Assembly: GCA_024137785.1 (NCBI GenBank)
Contig: JAHRHZ010000021.1
Span: 28,382,985 to 28,446,984 of the forward strand
DNA length: 64,000 nucleotides
Source: Ginglymostoma cirratum
Lineage: Eukaryota
Direction: 5' to 3'
Of this stretch, positions 1 to 12,755 are shown one piece after another. Both the position numbers and the translations under genes were made by a program. The notes under the pieces were generated by a model. That model searched no databases, had not been told where the DNA came from, and was given only the letters and a program-made list of their open reading frames with translations. Each line of letters begins with the position of its first letter. Position 1 is the first letter of the stretch.

Positions 1-119
1 GGGTCTAGGCCCGAAGCGTCAGCCTTCCTGCTCCTACGATGCTGCTTGGCCTGCTGTGTCCATCCAGCTCTACACCTTGTTAGCTCGGATTCTCCAGCAT
101 CTGCAGTTCCTATTATCTC
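1..119 (+). mobile_element. Penelope-like element remnant, family A (cut by window edge)
   Basis: gggtctaggcccgaagcgtcagcc...tctccagcatctgcagttcctattatctc; nearly the same as copies at 18080 and 38549. Confidence 0.7.
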
Positions 120-300
120 ATCACATTTTGCGATGTCATCTAGCTGTCTTAAACGGATGATGACTTTCTGTGCTATCTGTGCGATAATGCAACTAAAATA
201 TTCGCTTTCCTACTAATAGTTCACCTTCTGCAATTCTGTAGATTCACACTCTTATTTTTACAAGTAAGACATAATGACCTCTTATCTACTCCATTAGCAA

Positions 301-650
301 AGAATCATTGAATCCCAACAGTGCAGAAAGAGGCCATTCAGCCCATTGAGTCTGCACCAACTCTCCAAAGAGCATTCCACCCAATCCCAGCACTCACCAA
401 TCTATCCCTTTTAACCCCTCATTTACCATGGCTATTCCACCTAACCCCCACATCCTGGTCACTACATTGCAATTTAGCATGGCCAGTCCACCGACCCTGC
501 ACATCTTCGGACTACAGGAGGAGACCAGAGAACCTGGCAGAAACACATGCAGAAACCTGGAGAATATGCAGATTTCTGATAGTCACCCGAGGCTTGAAAT
601 GATCCAGGGTCCCTTGCGCTGTGTGGCAATCATACTAACTGCTGAATTAC
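301..650 (-). mobile_element. tRNA-derived V-SINE (shark HE1-like)
   Basis: Core ...ctgcacatcttcggactacaggaggagaccagagaacc... and a CR1-like tail; homologous to 16597, 42716 and 55303. Confidence 0.8.
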
Positions 651-1089
651 ATTATCTTTTTCATTGTTCTTACACTCAGACATCAATATATCATTGCACA
701 TAACATATAATTAATTATTTTGGTTTAACTGTTCTAGTTTTCAAAAATGTAAAATACGTTATGGCTTATAGCCTGCGATGAATCATATCATGTTGATATG
801 TGAGTCCATTCCATCTATGGAACTTCCTGTTTCTAATGTGTGAGGCTGCAAATAACCCACACACATGCATATTGTAGCTTTGACAAATTGACAGTTTTCA
901 GTGAAGCTAATTTTCATGCTTTATAATCCAATGTTGACATTATGATTTCTTAAGAAGAATACTGCCGAATTATTATTGAAGACAGCACTGTAAAATCTAC
1001 TAAATATTGCAACTAGGACATTTATACTCTTGTATAATGAAATGTTGAACATTAAATAATGTTAAGATGGTCAAACCTATTACAGATCG

Positions 1090-1590
1090 AATGAAGAATT
1101 TTGTCCTGACTGGCAAGTTTGGCATTTATTGTCCATCTCGAGTTGCCTTGAGAAGGCAGTGTTGGACCCTTGAATTGCAGTTGAACTGGTGAAAGTGCAT
1201 ATCCACAGTGCTATTTAATGGGATGTTCTGTGATTTTTGTTGAGCTATGGTAAAGGAATGATGATATATATGAAAACAATGAGAATTTGTAACCTGAGGG
1301 TGAAGGAGGTGATGTTTGTGTGTCCTTGCTAATGTTATCATTTTTGATATTGGAGACTATGGATCTGGGAGTTACTGATGAAGAAGACTTGGCAATTTGT
1401 TTTTGTGTATTCAGTGCCAGAACACACTGCAGACATGATGTGCCACTTTTCACAGAATAATAGTAACCACAGCAATTACATGGCTGTCCCAATTGAGTTT
1501 TTCATCAATGGTGAGCACCCCCTCCAATAGTGCTGCAATTGAATCTCAAAGGTAAGTTGGTAGATTTCCTGTTTTGTAAGATGGACATTG
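1090..1590 (-). mobile_element. Decayed 3' fragment of CR1-group LINE, family 2
   Basis: Similar to 30195-31690 and 39360-40620 (ggcatttattgtccatct...gccttgagaagg...; tttgtaagatggacattgc). Confidence 0.55.
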
Positions 1591-1634
1591 CATGAGAGCA
1601 AAAGAGAAGAAAAAGAAGCAAAAAAGAGAGAAAA

Positions 1635-1935
1635 CATTTTCACATAGCAAATATTTAGAGTCTAGAATTCACCACCAAAGTGTAGTTAAAGCTGATTCAA
1701 TCAAGGCATTCAAAATATTTTAATTTTTTTTCTCACAGCAATTAGTTAGGATATGGAATGTGCTGCCTTGAAATATGGTAGAGGCAGGTTAAATTATTGC
1801 ATTCAAGAAGGCTTTGGTAATTATTGGGACAGAGGGAGAACAGAGGAGGTTAGCACTAGGTAATAAAACTGATGCAGGCCCGATAGGCTGAATGCCTATT
1901 CCTGTACCATTAAAGTTCTCTGATTCTGTATTCTA
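1635..1935 (+). mobile_element. CR1 LINE 3' end remnants
   Basis: ggatatggaatgtgctgcc...gtagaggcagg...ggctgaatgcctattcctgt...gattct tail. Confidence 0.55.
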
Positions 1936-2599
1936 TTGTTACTAGTAGGGGTGCTCAACTGGGACATTTATGGCCTTTTATCATTTTTGTGTTCTGCAAG
2001 TCAGCTGATTCTTTGTGGCGCATTGACTGAACCGAATTAGCTGAAGACCTTACATCTGTGATGGCTCATGATGATTGCATATGCTTTAGCCTTGTCCTTT
2101 GTTGTTCATGAGCTTGAAGCTGGAGGTATTTCTTGATCCTTCTCCTTCATAATTAAAATTGGCAGTAATGCAGATCTTTAGTTGCAGGAATACATGGCTC
2201 TTTATGTATCGCAAGGCCTCCACTGCCTTTCACCGTCCATGCACATATACTTTGTATCCAGCATGGATATTGGGGACCTCAGGATCCGTACCGAAATGGG
2301 ATAAAATAAAGTTTTAGATATATATAGATGGAAATCTGATATATTTATAACAAAAACACACTCATGAAACCTCATTCAGTGCATGTAAATCCCCTCAAGT
2401 ACTTAACCTCATATAAAAACATTTATGTTCATAATGCCACTTCAAAGAAAAAGGGTTCAAATGTCCCTGTCTCGGTTCCTCGATTTGTGAGTCATATCCT
2501 GTCACTGTTCTCAAATTGTCAAAGATCCAACTTGTAAATAGGGGCAGAATTTTCATACCTGGATTCTCAGCTCTGTTATGAGTACACTGTGGAGTCTCG

Positions 2600-3360
2600 A
2601 TGACTGCACAATATTGTGGCTCAAGGTTGTAGACTGGCTTAATCTCAGACTGTTGCCAGGGAAATAGAGCTGGTAGCTACAGAACTGAGTTTGGAGTAGT
2701 CACTGAAAACAATGGCTTTAGTCTTTCAAATATTTAATTGAAGGGTGTATCCACCCTTCCAATTCTGCATGTCATTTAAATAGTCTGATAACTGAATAAT
2801 ATTGGAGGAACTGAGTGAAGTGATGGTGAGGTGGAGTTAGGTATATTCACTCTATCTGTGAAAACTAATAGTGTGCCTTCTGATTATGTCACTAAGGGCA
2901 TCATGTAAATGAGCAGTAGGAAGGGCCCAAAGGTGGATCCTTGGAGGACTCCAGAGGTAATGATGTTGGGACAGGAAGAAATGTCATATTGGCTGATACA
3001 ATATTTCTGATTCAATGAATAAGAATGGAACCAGATGAGCCCAGCCCCATCCAGCTGGACAGCCGATGTCAGAGGAGGATGCGGTAAAACATATCAAACG
3101 CTGCCAAAAGCTCAAGGAGGATGAGGAGGGAAGATTTACTTTTGTTTAATCCATAATTAACATTGTTTGTAATTTTGATAGGAGCCTTTTCAATAGCAAG
3201 ACAGGGCATAAATCTGATTGGAGGATCCAAGCATGGAGTTCGATGAAACCTGAATTGCATTTTGGAGGTGACATGATCTTCAAGGGTTTCAGCGAGGAAA
3301 GGCAGTTTGGAGATGGGACAGTATTTTCAAAGATGGAGGGTCAAGGGTTTTTGTTTGAGT
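2600..3360 (-). mobile_element. L2-clade LINE reverse-transcriptase fragment (decayed)
   Basis: EKAPIKITNN...KSSLLILLELLAAFD resembles the L2 RT segment TETAL.KV.ND...LLILLDLSAAFD; GVLQGS-like motif at about 2935-2955. Confidence 0.7.
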
Positions 3361-4779
3361 AAACAGAGTTGCAATACAAGTGGCAATAATAACTCCTGTG
3401 ACTATGACTTTAATTAGATGTTTAAATATTTCTAGGTCGTGCATTATGCAGTTGAAAATTAAATAAGCATAGCTGTGATCTCATAAGATATGTTTCTTTT
3501 GTTAAGAGGAGTGAGGCTTATTACTGGGAAAATTGTGGCCTGTGGGTTGTTAAATATAGCATGATACTGTTAATCATTATCAGAATTTATATTATTACTT
3601 TATGGATTATTTATACATTACTCCTTACTTTCAGTTTGCATAATTGCCTTAAAGCAAGTTATGGAAATTATTGAGGGGAGTGGATGAACAAGTAGAGTAC
3701 TAATTGCCTATATTAAGATGCATCGTGGTATTTGCACTGTGCAACACAAATGATTCCTCAATCCAAAAATGACCATATGCTAGGAGAAATATTGTCTTCA
3801 CTCTGTAAATACAACTCGTCTGTTTTCTGAATTTCTGTCATGATCTTTACTCATTCAATCAGAAGATAAATAGAGTTTGAAACCAACAGTGGAATGGGCG
3901 CAGCTGTGATTATAGAAGGTGAACATCCACAATAAAATCGACAAATTTTATGGCTGTGCTGTGTGAATGCTTATTTGTGTGGAACAAGCATCCATGGTTT
4001 TGTCGGCTTGAATGCTTATTATGCACAAGGGTATTAATCATTAAACCATTATAACGTTAACCTGGATGAACTTCTACATTGTTACTATCCACATTCTTGT
4101 GGTTAATCTACAAAATATTTAGATCACATTCATTGTCCTTTGTAACAATAATCAGTATTTTTATAGATCAAATGCAGTGAATATTGTTTTATTGTATTTT
4201 GAAACAAAAGCATTAGTCAAGTTCTATAAATATTGACTATTTAACTGAATTTCAGATAATTCAAATCAGAATGATTACATTCATGCACCAAATAACTAGT
4301 TTGAAGAAATTGTCCGAAATTAATACATTCCTTTATCAGAGAATGACCTTGATACAGAAAATGAGCAACTGCGGTAAGAAATCTATTCATATCCTAGATA
4401 GGAAACAGATATCAATTTACAGATGAAGTGTGAAAGGAAGTGTAATGATACTGCTTCCTTGACATACCATTTTAATAGCAGTTTATCTCCCGTGATTGCA
4501 CTTTGAAGGATGTGGATGATTTCTTTGGAGATTCTTCTGATAACCTGCCATTACATAAGCAGAAGAGTTGTGGAAACCAGCCGAAAAAAGCTGAACCACA
4601 GAAACCCAAGAAGACCCCCATGGAGACTCATCCTCTAAAGTTTTATGATGGAGTTGATCTGTGACAATTTACTATATAAGACTGACTTGTTTTGAGGGGT
4701 TTTAACAAAGCAGTAGTGGGAAAAAAAAAGACAGTGAGTGCAAGGTATTGGCGAAATGGTGACACTTGGTTGGTGCAGT

Positions 4780-5005
4780 GGAGAAGGCCAGTGACTTTCT
4801 TCCTATGTTGCTGTGCGTTCCTCTGGATGATTGAGGCTGCATTGACCCAGGTAGGAACCTAGTATTAGCCTGGCCTGGTCTGGTGAAGTGGCCTCCATTG
4901 CTGGTCCTGGGAGAGGATGAAGTCCTGCATTTGCACTAGCCCATGCAACAGGACTTCCAGGACCGTGCCCGCAAAATGGGGCACCAATTTAACCTTATCT
5001 GCCAT
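4780..5005 (-). mobile_element. Decayed Myb/SANT-like DNA-binding ORF, probably from a PIF/Harbinger transposon
   Basis: Reads MADKVKLVPHFAGTVLEVLLHGLVQMQDFILSQDQQWRPLHQTRPG*Y*VPTWVNAASIIQRNAQQHRKKVTGLL, fitting PxF..LEVL..W..VN..R..Q.RKK..DL; two in-frame stops. Confidence 0.55.
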
Positions 5006-7379
5006 GTCTGGAACAAATGTCAGCAGCAGTACAGGGTAGGCCAGACAGTGCTTGACCAGGTGCACAACAGGCTTTTAAAGATGGCATGGGCACAAAGAGT
5101 GCTGGTGAATTTCGTGATATCTGGTGTGTAGTGAGTTGTTCCAAGAATGGCATGTGATGAGTAAGGCAGAAAATGGGTGTGAACATGCCATTGGAGCATG
5201 ATAAATGAGTTGAGTTTGGCAAGATATGGCGAGAAAAATCACGAAACCTTGTGGTGACAAACATTCCGAAAATCTCTCTCAATTCAATCCCAGAAAAATG
5301 TAGGATTCAGCGCCGCATCTTCGAGAGAATCCTGCAAGTATTTTGTCTGACTCTGGATATTTAATTCACCTAACATTTCAGGAGCAAAAACCCCTTCGTC
5401 CTCCAGTCTGCAAAATGTACTACTCCTTCTTCGCCCAGTCTGCAAAACGTATTTTTCACAATGAGGCAATTATGTGAACTATAAACTCTTCTGTTATTTT
5501 GAAGCTCGTAAAAATACCTGTACTGGTATTTTCCTTGAGTGTGTGTAGGTGACTGTGAACGAATGAGTGGTGTAGCTTTAGATTTTTAGAATGCATATGT
5601 GAAGAAATAATTTCTTTATTTAAACCCATTAAGAGCTTGTAGCTGGTTCCTAACTTGCTTACACACTAAGGTCTTAAGAAATACACTTTTCTGTTTTAAA
5701 TAAAAAGACTTTGGTTATGGACAATAACGGAAGGAAACAGTCACTTTAGTAGTTCCCTCTCCTTCTGACAATAACATAAAGTTCTAGTTCGAATAGTTAA
5801 AGGACATTTCCATGATAGCTGTCACCTGAAAATTAATAGTTCTATGCTAGTCTACATTACCAGACTACAGTTCTTTGAGTAACTGAACTAGCAGCAAATT
5901 TCAAATTTTATTTGTGTAAATGTTTTAAATTGCATCTTGTAGAAATTAATGTTTCCCAGCTGGACTTAGATGTTTGTGGTACTACATTGCCTTATTTTGA
6001 TGATCAATATCCTTGACTTAATTTACTTTTAATTTGTGGAGCTTTTTAATTTTTCTTAAATTACCTATCAATGTTTATTGAGTGGATGCAGGCAGACTAA
6101 TGTTGCTTTAATCTAATTTAATGGAATGGTCTCTTCTGGATAATGATTCATTGAAACCAAGCACTGTAATTTGGGAAACCATTATTGCAGCTTTAAGAAA
6201 AAGGGTTGTTTGCCCGAATCAATATTGTATGTGCTATTATGCCAACCACTACCAGCTCATGGTTGGCTAGTTATCATTGCTATTTTCTATCCTTGACTGG
6301 GTCTAATGGTCTACTTAGTTTACAGTGATGGAGAGCCTCTTGTCTGAAACAACATATAGTTTATTGTGTGACAGAAATTAGGTAAAAGGTACGTTAGTAA
6401 ATTAGGCATTGTTATGAAGACCTGTGGATATAGGTCTTTAACCTACAAGATCCTAAAATAATCTGCCTTTTCCCACCCAAGTCCTTGTGGTACCATCACA
6501 TTGGATGAACTTAGTATGGTCTCCAACATTAACACTTTCGGAACCATTACTTTATACAATATTAACAACACCCCAAAAATTAAACATAATAACCACTAAG
6601 AGACAGATTATGCATTTTCAGCAAATTGTATGAACTACCCTGGCCAATCACATCTTAAAGCATGATTGCATGAAGTATCACTGCATGAAACACCTTTTAT
6701 GATATAATTTTCTTCCCACTTAGATTGTAAAAGTAACTTTTTTTTAACCTTGCTATATTTTATTTCCCCTTTGACTTTGTTAGCTTTTCTGATGAGGTCT
6801 CATCGAATATTAGATCATGAAAGATATTGATTTGCTCATGTCTTTAAACGTTACCAATGAATAACATCTCACAGTGTTCATAAGACCAATTGCAAAGTTT
6901 TAAGCTATTCTGCTGAAACACAGGAAAGAGCATTTTTTTTTGTGAATTGTGATTTTGATTATGACTGGAGACATCCATTTTAAAGTTTCCAGTGCTAATA
7001 AATTTTTGATAGTGTAATAAATGAATCAATCAATAATATACCCTTTCTATGACACAGTAGTTTTAAGAATGTCCTATGGTGGAGGACATTTACATTTTTG
7101 GAAAGCATTTTTTCAGTCATGTTGCTGTGCTGCATAATTTTCAGAGCTAGAATTTACTAATGGGAAAAAAAAACATAATACAATATTCTGTTACATAATT
7201 GACCATGTTTCGGATAATTTCTTTTTTATGCATTTCAGAAATGCATTTTGTGGTTTCACTAATGCAGAAATCTGTTATTCTGATATGAATATTTCTTACA
7301 AATTTTCTCCATTATCACCTTTTTAACATACAATGATCAGAGTGTCCTTTTTAAAAAGAAACACATATTCTAGAATTAT

Positions 7380-7500
7380 GAAGGAACAAATTACTGCAGA
7401 TGCTGGAATCTATACTGTAGACAAAAAATGCTGGAAATCACAGCAGGTCAGTCAGCATGTAGCCTAACCTGCTGGGATTTCCAGTGTTTTTTGTTTTCAA
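7380..7500. mobile_element. Fold-back Penelope-derived mini-insertion with 11-bp TSD
   Basis: Inverted arms aaaatgctggaaatcacagcaggt / acctgctgggatttccagtgtttt; TCTAGAATTAT at 7369-7379 and 7501-7511. Confidence 0.7.
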
Positions 7501-9194
7501 TCTAGAATTATATGGTGTTGTGACAATGCAGCATAGATTCTTTTGTGAAAACTTTTGTATAAGGTCATAGAAACATGAAGCATCGTGTGAACACTCTTAA
7601 TGAATTGATTTTATTGTACTTTAATTGAGCGTATTATTGTGCTGAAGTTCACTTTTACTTCTAAAAATAGTTGAAAAGATCTACACAACATCCAGGTCAA
7701 TGGAATGTGATTCAGTTCAGTATAATTTTGGATTAATCATGCCTTTTTTTCCCTCGGTGTTGAATCTTACAATATTTTAGCAAAGTGTGATTTTCATTGA
7801 GTTTCACAGAGGGTTTTTCCTCGCAAGGCCGAGTGAGATTTCTCACACTATCTTCCCAAACTCACCTCATTAACTACCTACCAGACGCTGTTACACTACT
7901 TTCGTCCAATGCTAGCCTGATTCTCCCCACTCACTCGAGCTGGAAATATCCACCACTGCTGGGATATCCTTGCCTCCTTTTAAAAGGCCATTTTGCTCCT
8001 GATTAAGTGTTAGTGGTCAGGATCTTGAGATTGAAGGGAGACAAGATTGGGGAGAAGGTGCAAAGTATTTATGCTTTAGAATAAAACCAGCAGCCTGTGC
8101 ATTAGCATTGGATGAGCTGTCAATGGCCAAAGTCCCAGAACAATGTTGAGAATTTTGGGTTGTAAACTTTTATTGTTTAAACAGTCTATTTACTTCCAAG
8201 ATCAAAGAGAGTTAGGCTCTCATGGATAAGTAATCAGCATCGCTAGCTGAATACAAGGCCCATGTGATATACATTGTCATTGAAATGTACTTTTAGCATG
8301 AAAGAATGAAAGAGCTTCTTAGATATCTCTGAAAACTCTCAGATGTAGTTGGTCTGCCAGACTCTGTGAGAGAGAGCAGCTAGAAGGTGAAAGACTGTTG
8401 TTGTTTGCGATGGAACATATGTAGGAGCATATGCTTGGATTGAAAAGACCAAATTCCTGAGGAATTAAAACAAAGCTGGATGATTTTCTTATCTTCAGTT
8501 AGAGGGCAAAGTTTTCAGAAAAATCCTGCATTTTGAAAGACAGTTCTGGAGTTATTATTTTCAAACTGTGAAACAAAAAGAACAGAAGTAAGCCCTTGGA
8601 AACGAAGAATAATGTTGAACTGATTCTGGGAGAATTAAATGTTTACTTAAAGGACTGAGTAATGTAAACCTGCGGGTTTTTTTAAGTTATACTAAAAATA
8701 AGAAGGGAATTGTTCCGATCCAAGGTTTAGCATATACCGTGCCCTCAAATATAGTCTTTAGTCAATATGCTCTTATTCTGTTGTTAGGGTAAATTTATTA
8801 AAACATGAAATCTTGTTATCATTCTTCAGTTGCTCGAATTGCTTTTTTAAATTTTTAAAAGTCTCTATGGAGATCATATTGGTAATCAATAAGGAAGAAT
8901 TATAATTTGCACATGACAATGTGGCAATCTGCTAGGATTATTGATGGCAAAATAAAAATCAAAGTCTTAGGAATAAGAGGTTACGTACTCAGATATATTT
9001 TGTACAAATATTTGAAAGCAAGCGAGAATGTTTCAGGTTAGTTTGTAGTTTAGTGCAGGAAATAAAATACATTTTTCTGAAAGAAAGGAAATGACCTGTT
9101 TTGATACGTGATGTAATGTTCAGTCTGGGTTTACATTCTTATAATTTTCTGTGACAGGAATAGAATTTAAAGAAGCTTTGGGATGATTAACAGC

Positions 9195-9625
9195 ATATAA
9201 CTTAACATCACATAAGGACCAGACAATGATCATCTCCAGTAAGAGAGAGAAATTAATCATCTCCTCTTGACATTTAATACCACGATTGTTGCAAAATCAT
9301 CTACCATCAATATTCTGGGAGTTACCACTGACCAAAATGGAATGGGAACAGTCATTGTAAATACTGGTGTCTGCAAGATTAAGACAGCAGCTGGGAATTC
9401 ATACTGGGGGACTCACATCCCTGATTCTTCAGTACTTGTCCACCATTTACAAAACACAAGCAAAAACTGTGATGAACTTCCTGGAAGTCAGCAGCTGTAA
9501 CAACATTCAAGAAAATCAACATCATTCAGGGCAAGGCAGATTGACATGCCATCCATTGCCTTTGACATTCAGTCTCACAACACTAATGCACATTGGCAAA
9601 AGTGTGTACCATCTTCAACAGCTTG
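9195..9625 (+). mobile_element. CR1-group LINE family 2 fragment
   Basis: Encodes ..TFNTTIVAKSSTINILGVTTDQ..; homologous to 34895-35420 and 43840-44690. Confidence 0.7.
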
Positions 9626-9972
9626 TCGAACAGATGGGATCCTGTTTGGTGCTCTTCCCGTGTTACAAATTTGAGTGGAAGCTTCTGTGAGGAGATGCTC
9701 ATCCAATCAGCTGCCACTTCTCATTCACATTTGCTGTTGATAGCTTTTCAGCAACAAATGCAGGAGAGGAATGGCCTCAGATTAGAAGAGCCACAAACAT
9801 GTATAGCTTCAGTCACCCTGAAGCCTGCATTCTGGCAGTGACAACATTGCTGGTAGTGAGTCTACTTAGTGCGTAGGGGAGGCACTGCACGGATATAATG
9901 CTTGCAGAGAGCAGGTGAAGCTGAAAGAGGCTTTGAATTGCTGGAGAGAGCCTGTGAACCAGAGCAGGAGAA

Positions 9973-10857
9973 TGAAGAATCGTACAGTGTGGAAACAGGC
10001 CCTTCAGCCCGCCAAGACTGCACAGACACTTGATGCCTTTCTAAACTAAAAGCTGTTTGCTTCTACACTGTCCATATCCCACTATTCCCTGCCCATTAAT
10101 TATTCTGTCAAGGTGACTCTTAAACGTTGCTACTGTATTCACTTCCACCACTTCCTCAGGTAATGCATTCCAGTCACTTACCACTCTCAATGTAAATCAC
10201 TCGCCTCTCACATCTCCTTTAAACTTAGCCCCTTTTACTTTAAACTTATGTCCTCTAGTAACAGGCATTTCTAAACTGTGAAAAAGACTCTGACTATCCA
10301 TTCTCTCCGTGCTGCTCACAAATTTGTAAATTTCTGTCAGGTTGCCCCTCAGCCTCTGATGTTCAAGTGAAAATAAATCAAGTTTTTTCCAATCTTTCCT
10401 CATGGCTAAGACTCTCCAAATCAGGCAACATCTTGGTGCACCATTTCTGTACCCTCTCCAAAGCCCCCACATCCTTCTGGTAGTGTGGTGACCAGTACTG
10501 TACACAATATTCTAAATGTGGCCTAACTAAAGTTCTATACAGCTGCAACATGACTTGTTAATTTTTATACTCTATGTTCTTACTGATGAAGACAAGCATG
10601 CTAAATTTTTTTTTGACCACCTTATCCACTTGTTGCCACATGCAGGGAATGGTGGACTTGTATGCCTAGGCCCCTCTGTATGTTGATGCTACTAAGGGTT
10701 TTGCTATTTACTGTTGACTTCCCTCCTGTATCACATCTTCCAAAATGCATCACTTCACATTTTTCCGTATTAAACTCCATCTGCCATTTCTCCACCCAAG
10801 CTTCGAACCTATCTATATGCTGCTGTATCCTCTGATAATCATCTTCATGATCTGCAG
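9973..10857 (-). mobile_element. CR1 LINE (HER1-like), 3' ~0.9 kb, frameshifted
   Basis: EDDYQRIQQHIDRFEAWVEKWQMEFNTEKCEVMHFG and LFSLEHQRLRGNLTEIYKF..TRGHKFKV: CR1 ORF2 C-terminus followed by 3'UTR. Confidence 0.9.
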
Positions 10858-11214
10858 TGCTCTCCTTTCTGCACAGATACCATGCCCTGAAGGAGTCCGA
10901 AAAGATGCAATTTGGGTCTGTCAAAAATTTCCTTGAGAAAAACCTATCTTCTTCTATAAACACATTTGGTATTGAACACCTTTTCACTTCTATAATTGGT
11001 TAGCCTTACAGTGACCCTAGTGGCCATTAGGGATTCCAGGAAAGGGCTCAAAATTGCCTCATCCCAAACTCAAAGGCTCTGATAAAAAGGAAACTGGAAA
11101 CTTCAATGAGAAATGTTAAGAGTCGAGTAATAAACTGGTGGCAGTGGAAATGTTTGGAGGGCAGAGCTCCATAGATTATTTTTCTTGCAGCTTAAGGGGC
11201 CAGGGAGAGTCTGA

Positions 11215-11460
11215 ATGGGAGAATGGTAACAGAGTACTAAAGGGCTAAGAAAGAGACAGAAACAAGGGATAAGAGCAAGAGAGAAAGGAATGTGGGGAAT
11301 GGAGATGGAAAGGGGTGAGAGCAAAAGGGAAACTAGAGAAAGAAAAGTAGTATTGGAAGTAAGGAAAGGAAATGTATATGAACGATGAGCGTAGAATGAG
11401 TAAGATAGGGATTGACAATGAGTGCATGAGGTATGAAGAGATGGCGTGAGAGGGGGCATT
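11215..11460. repeat. Purine-rich (GA) low-complexity tract
   Basis: Strong A/G strand bias (gagagaaaggaatgtggggaatggagatggaaagggg...). Confidence 0.6.
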
Positions 11461-11904
11461 TAAACCCTGAGACTGAGAGTGAGCCAGATACATAGCATTC
11501 ATCCTCTTTTCTCTCTTCCTACCTGTCCACACAGGAGGTTCAGAAAGTCAGAAAACCCAGGCTGAAAGGCTGATCCACTTCTGATCCACACATTCATGAT
11601 TTCCTTGAGCCCAACTTGCTGTGTGTACTACCAAAGTCAGGGTTGATTGAACTCAACCCCATAACTTTGTCCCAGTCCTGTCCTACCATTCTCTGGTGAT
11701 CAGCACCCACAGCCCAGACTCCCCCTTTACCTTTGCTTCTTAAATTAAAACAAAATGTTTTTATTAATTTGTCATTTATTTAAATTATTGATTTTTTTCT
11801 GATTATCATATTTACTATTGCGGCAAACCTTATCTTTTTGAAATTTTCCCATAGGCCTCATGAGAGTGAGAGAGAAACTGAAGTGTATCTCTCCCTCCTG
11901 TTTC

Positions 11905-12262
11905 AGCATGCAAAAGGATTGGACAATTCTAATCTACAAAATGTAATGCAGCAGCTGATCAAGATTCCTTTAAAAGTGCCTTCCAAACCTGCAATCTCTG
12001 TCAAAGGCAGCTGCTGCATGGGAATGATAGCACTTGCAAGTTTCCCGCCAAGACTCATACTATTCTGACTTGGAAATGTTTTACTGTTCCTTTTACTCTT
12101 GCTGGGCCAAGAATTTGCAACTCTCCACAACAGCATTGAGTATACCTACAGCACATGTACTGTAGTGCTTCACGAAGGCCACTTTCCCCAGTGCACTTAG
12201 GAATGAAAAACAAGCCCTGGCCATGGTAGTGAAACCCAAAACCCATAAACAAAAAGGAAAAT
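11905..12262 (+). mobile_element. CR1-group LINE family 2, 3' end
   Basis: ccttccaaacctgcaatctct...ctgacttggaaatg...cttaggaatg..ccctggcc..acccataaac followed by an A-rich tail. Confidence 0.6.
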
Positions 12263-12333
12263 GAAAACAATTTTTTTTTTTACAAACTACTGAAGTTAAC
12301 TAATTTTACATGATTCTGTTATTTTACTTATCA

Positions 12334-12755
12334 GTGACTTGCTTCATTTGAGAAGAATCTTTACCATTAGAATAGAAAACAAAATAAAACCCATTTGCAC
12401 TGCTAGCAGGATTGCTAATGCTCATTGCTAAGCCTCTCACATGAGAATCTTCCTAAGCTTTTTAACTGAATGAGTGAACAGTTTTCCATGAATCAAGTTC
12501 ATGGAACTAAGTACCAGTAAATCCTCTGCACACATTTGTATGTGGCAGTGGCTTGTTTCATTTGAAAATTACTATTGCCATTAGTATAGAAATGCACCAT
12601 TTGCACTCCTGGAAGGATTAGTCATGCACCCTGCTAAGTCTCTCCTATGAGAGTATTGCTAAGATTTTTCGTAAAAAGTGAAAACAAACAGCTTTCCTTG
12701 AACGAAGTTCATGGACCAAGTACTCCTAAATCCTGTACACATTGTGTGGTGACTC
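12334..12755. repeat. Diverged tandem duplication, two units of about 210 bp
   Basis: Colinear blocks ttcatttga..ccattagWataga..ccatttgcact..ggatt..tgctaag..atgaga..aagttcatgga..taaatcct..cacatt in 12334-12547 and 12548-12755. Confidence 0.8.
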
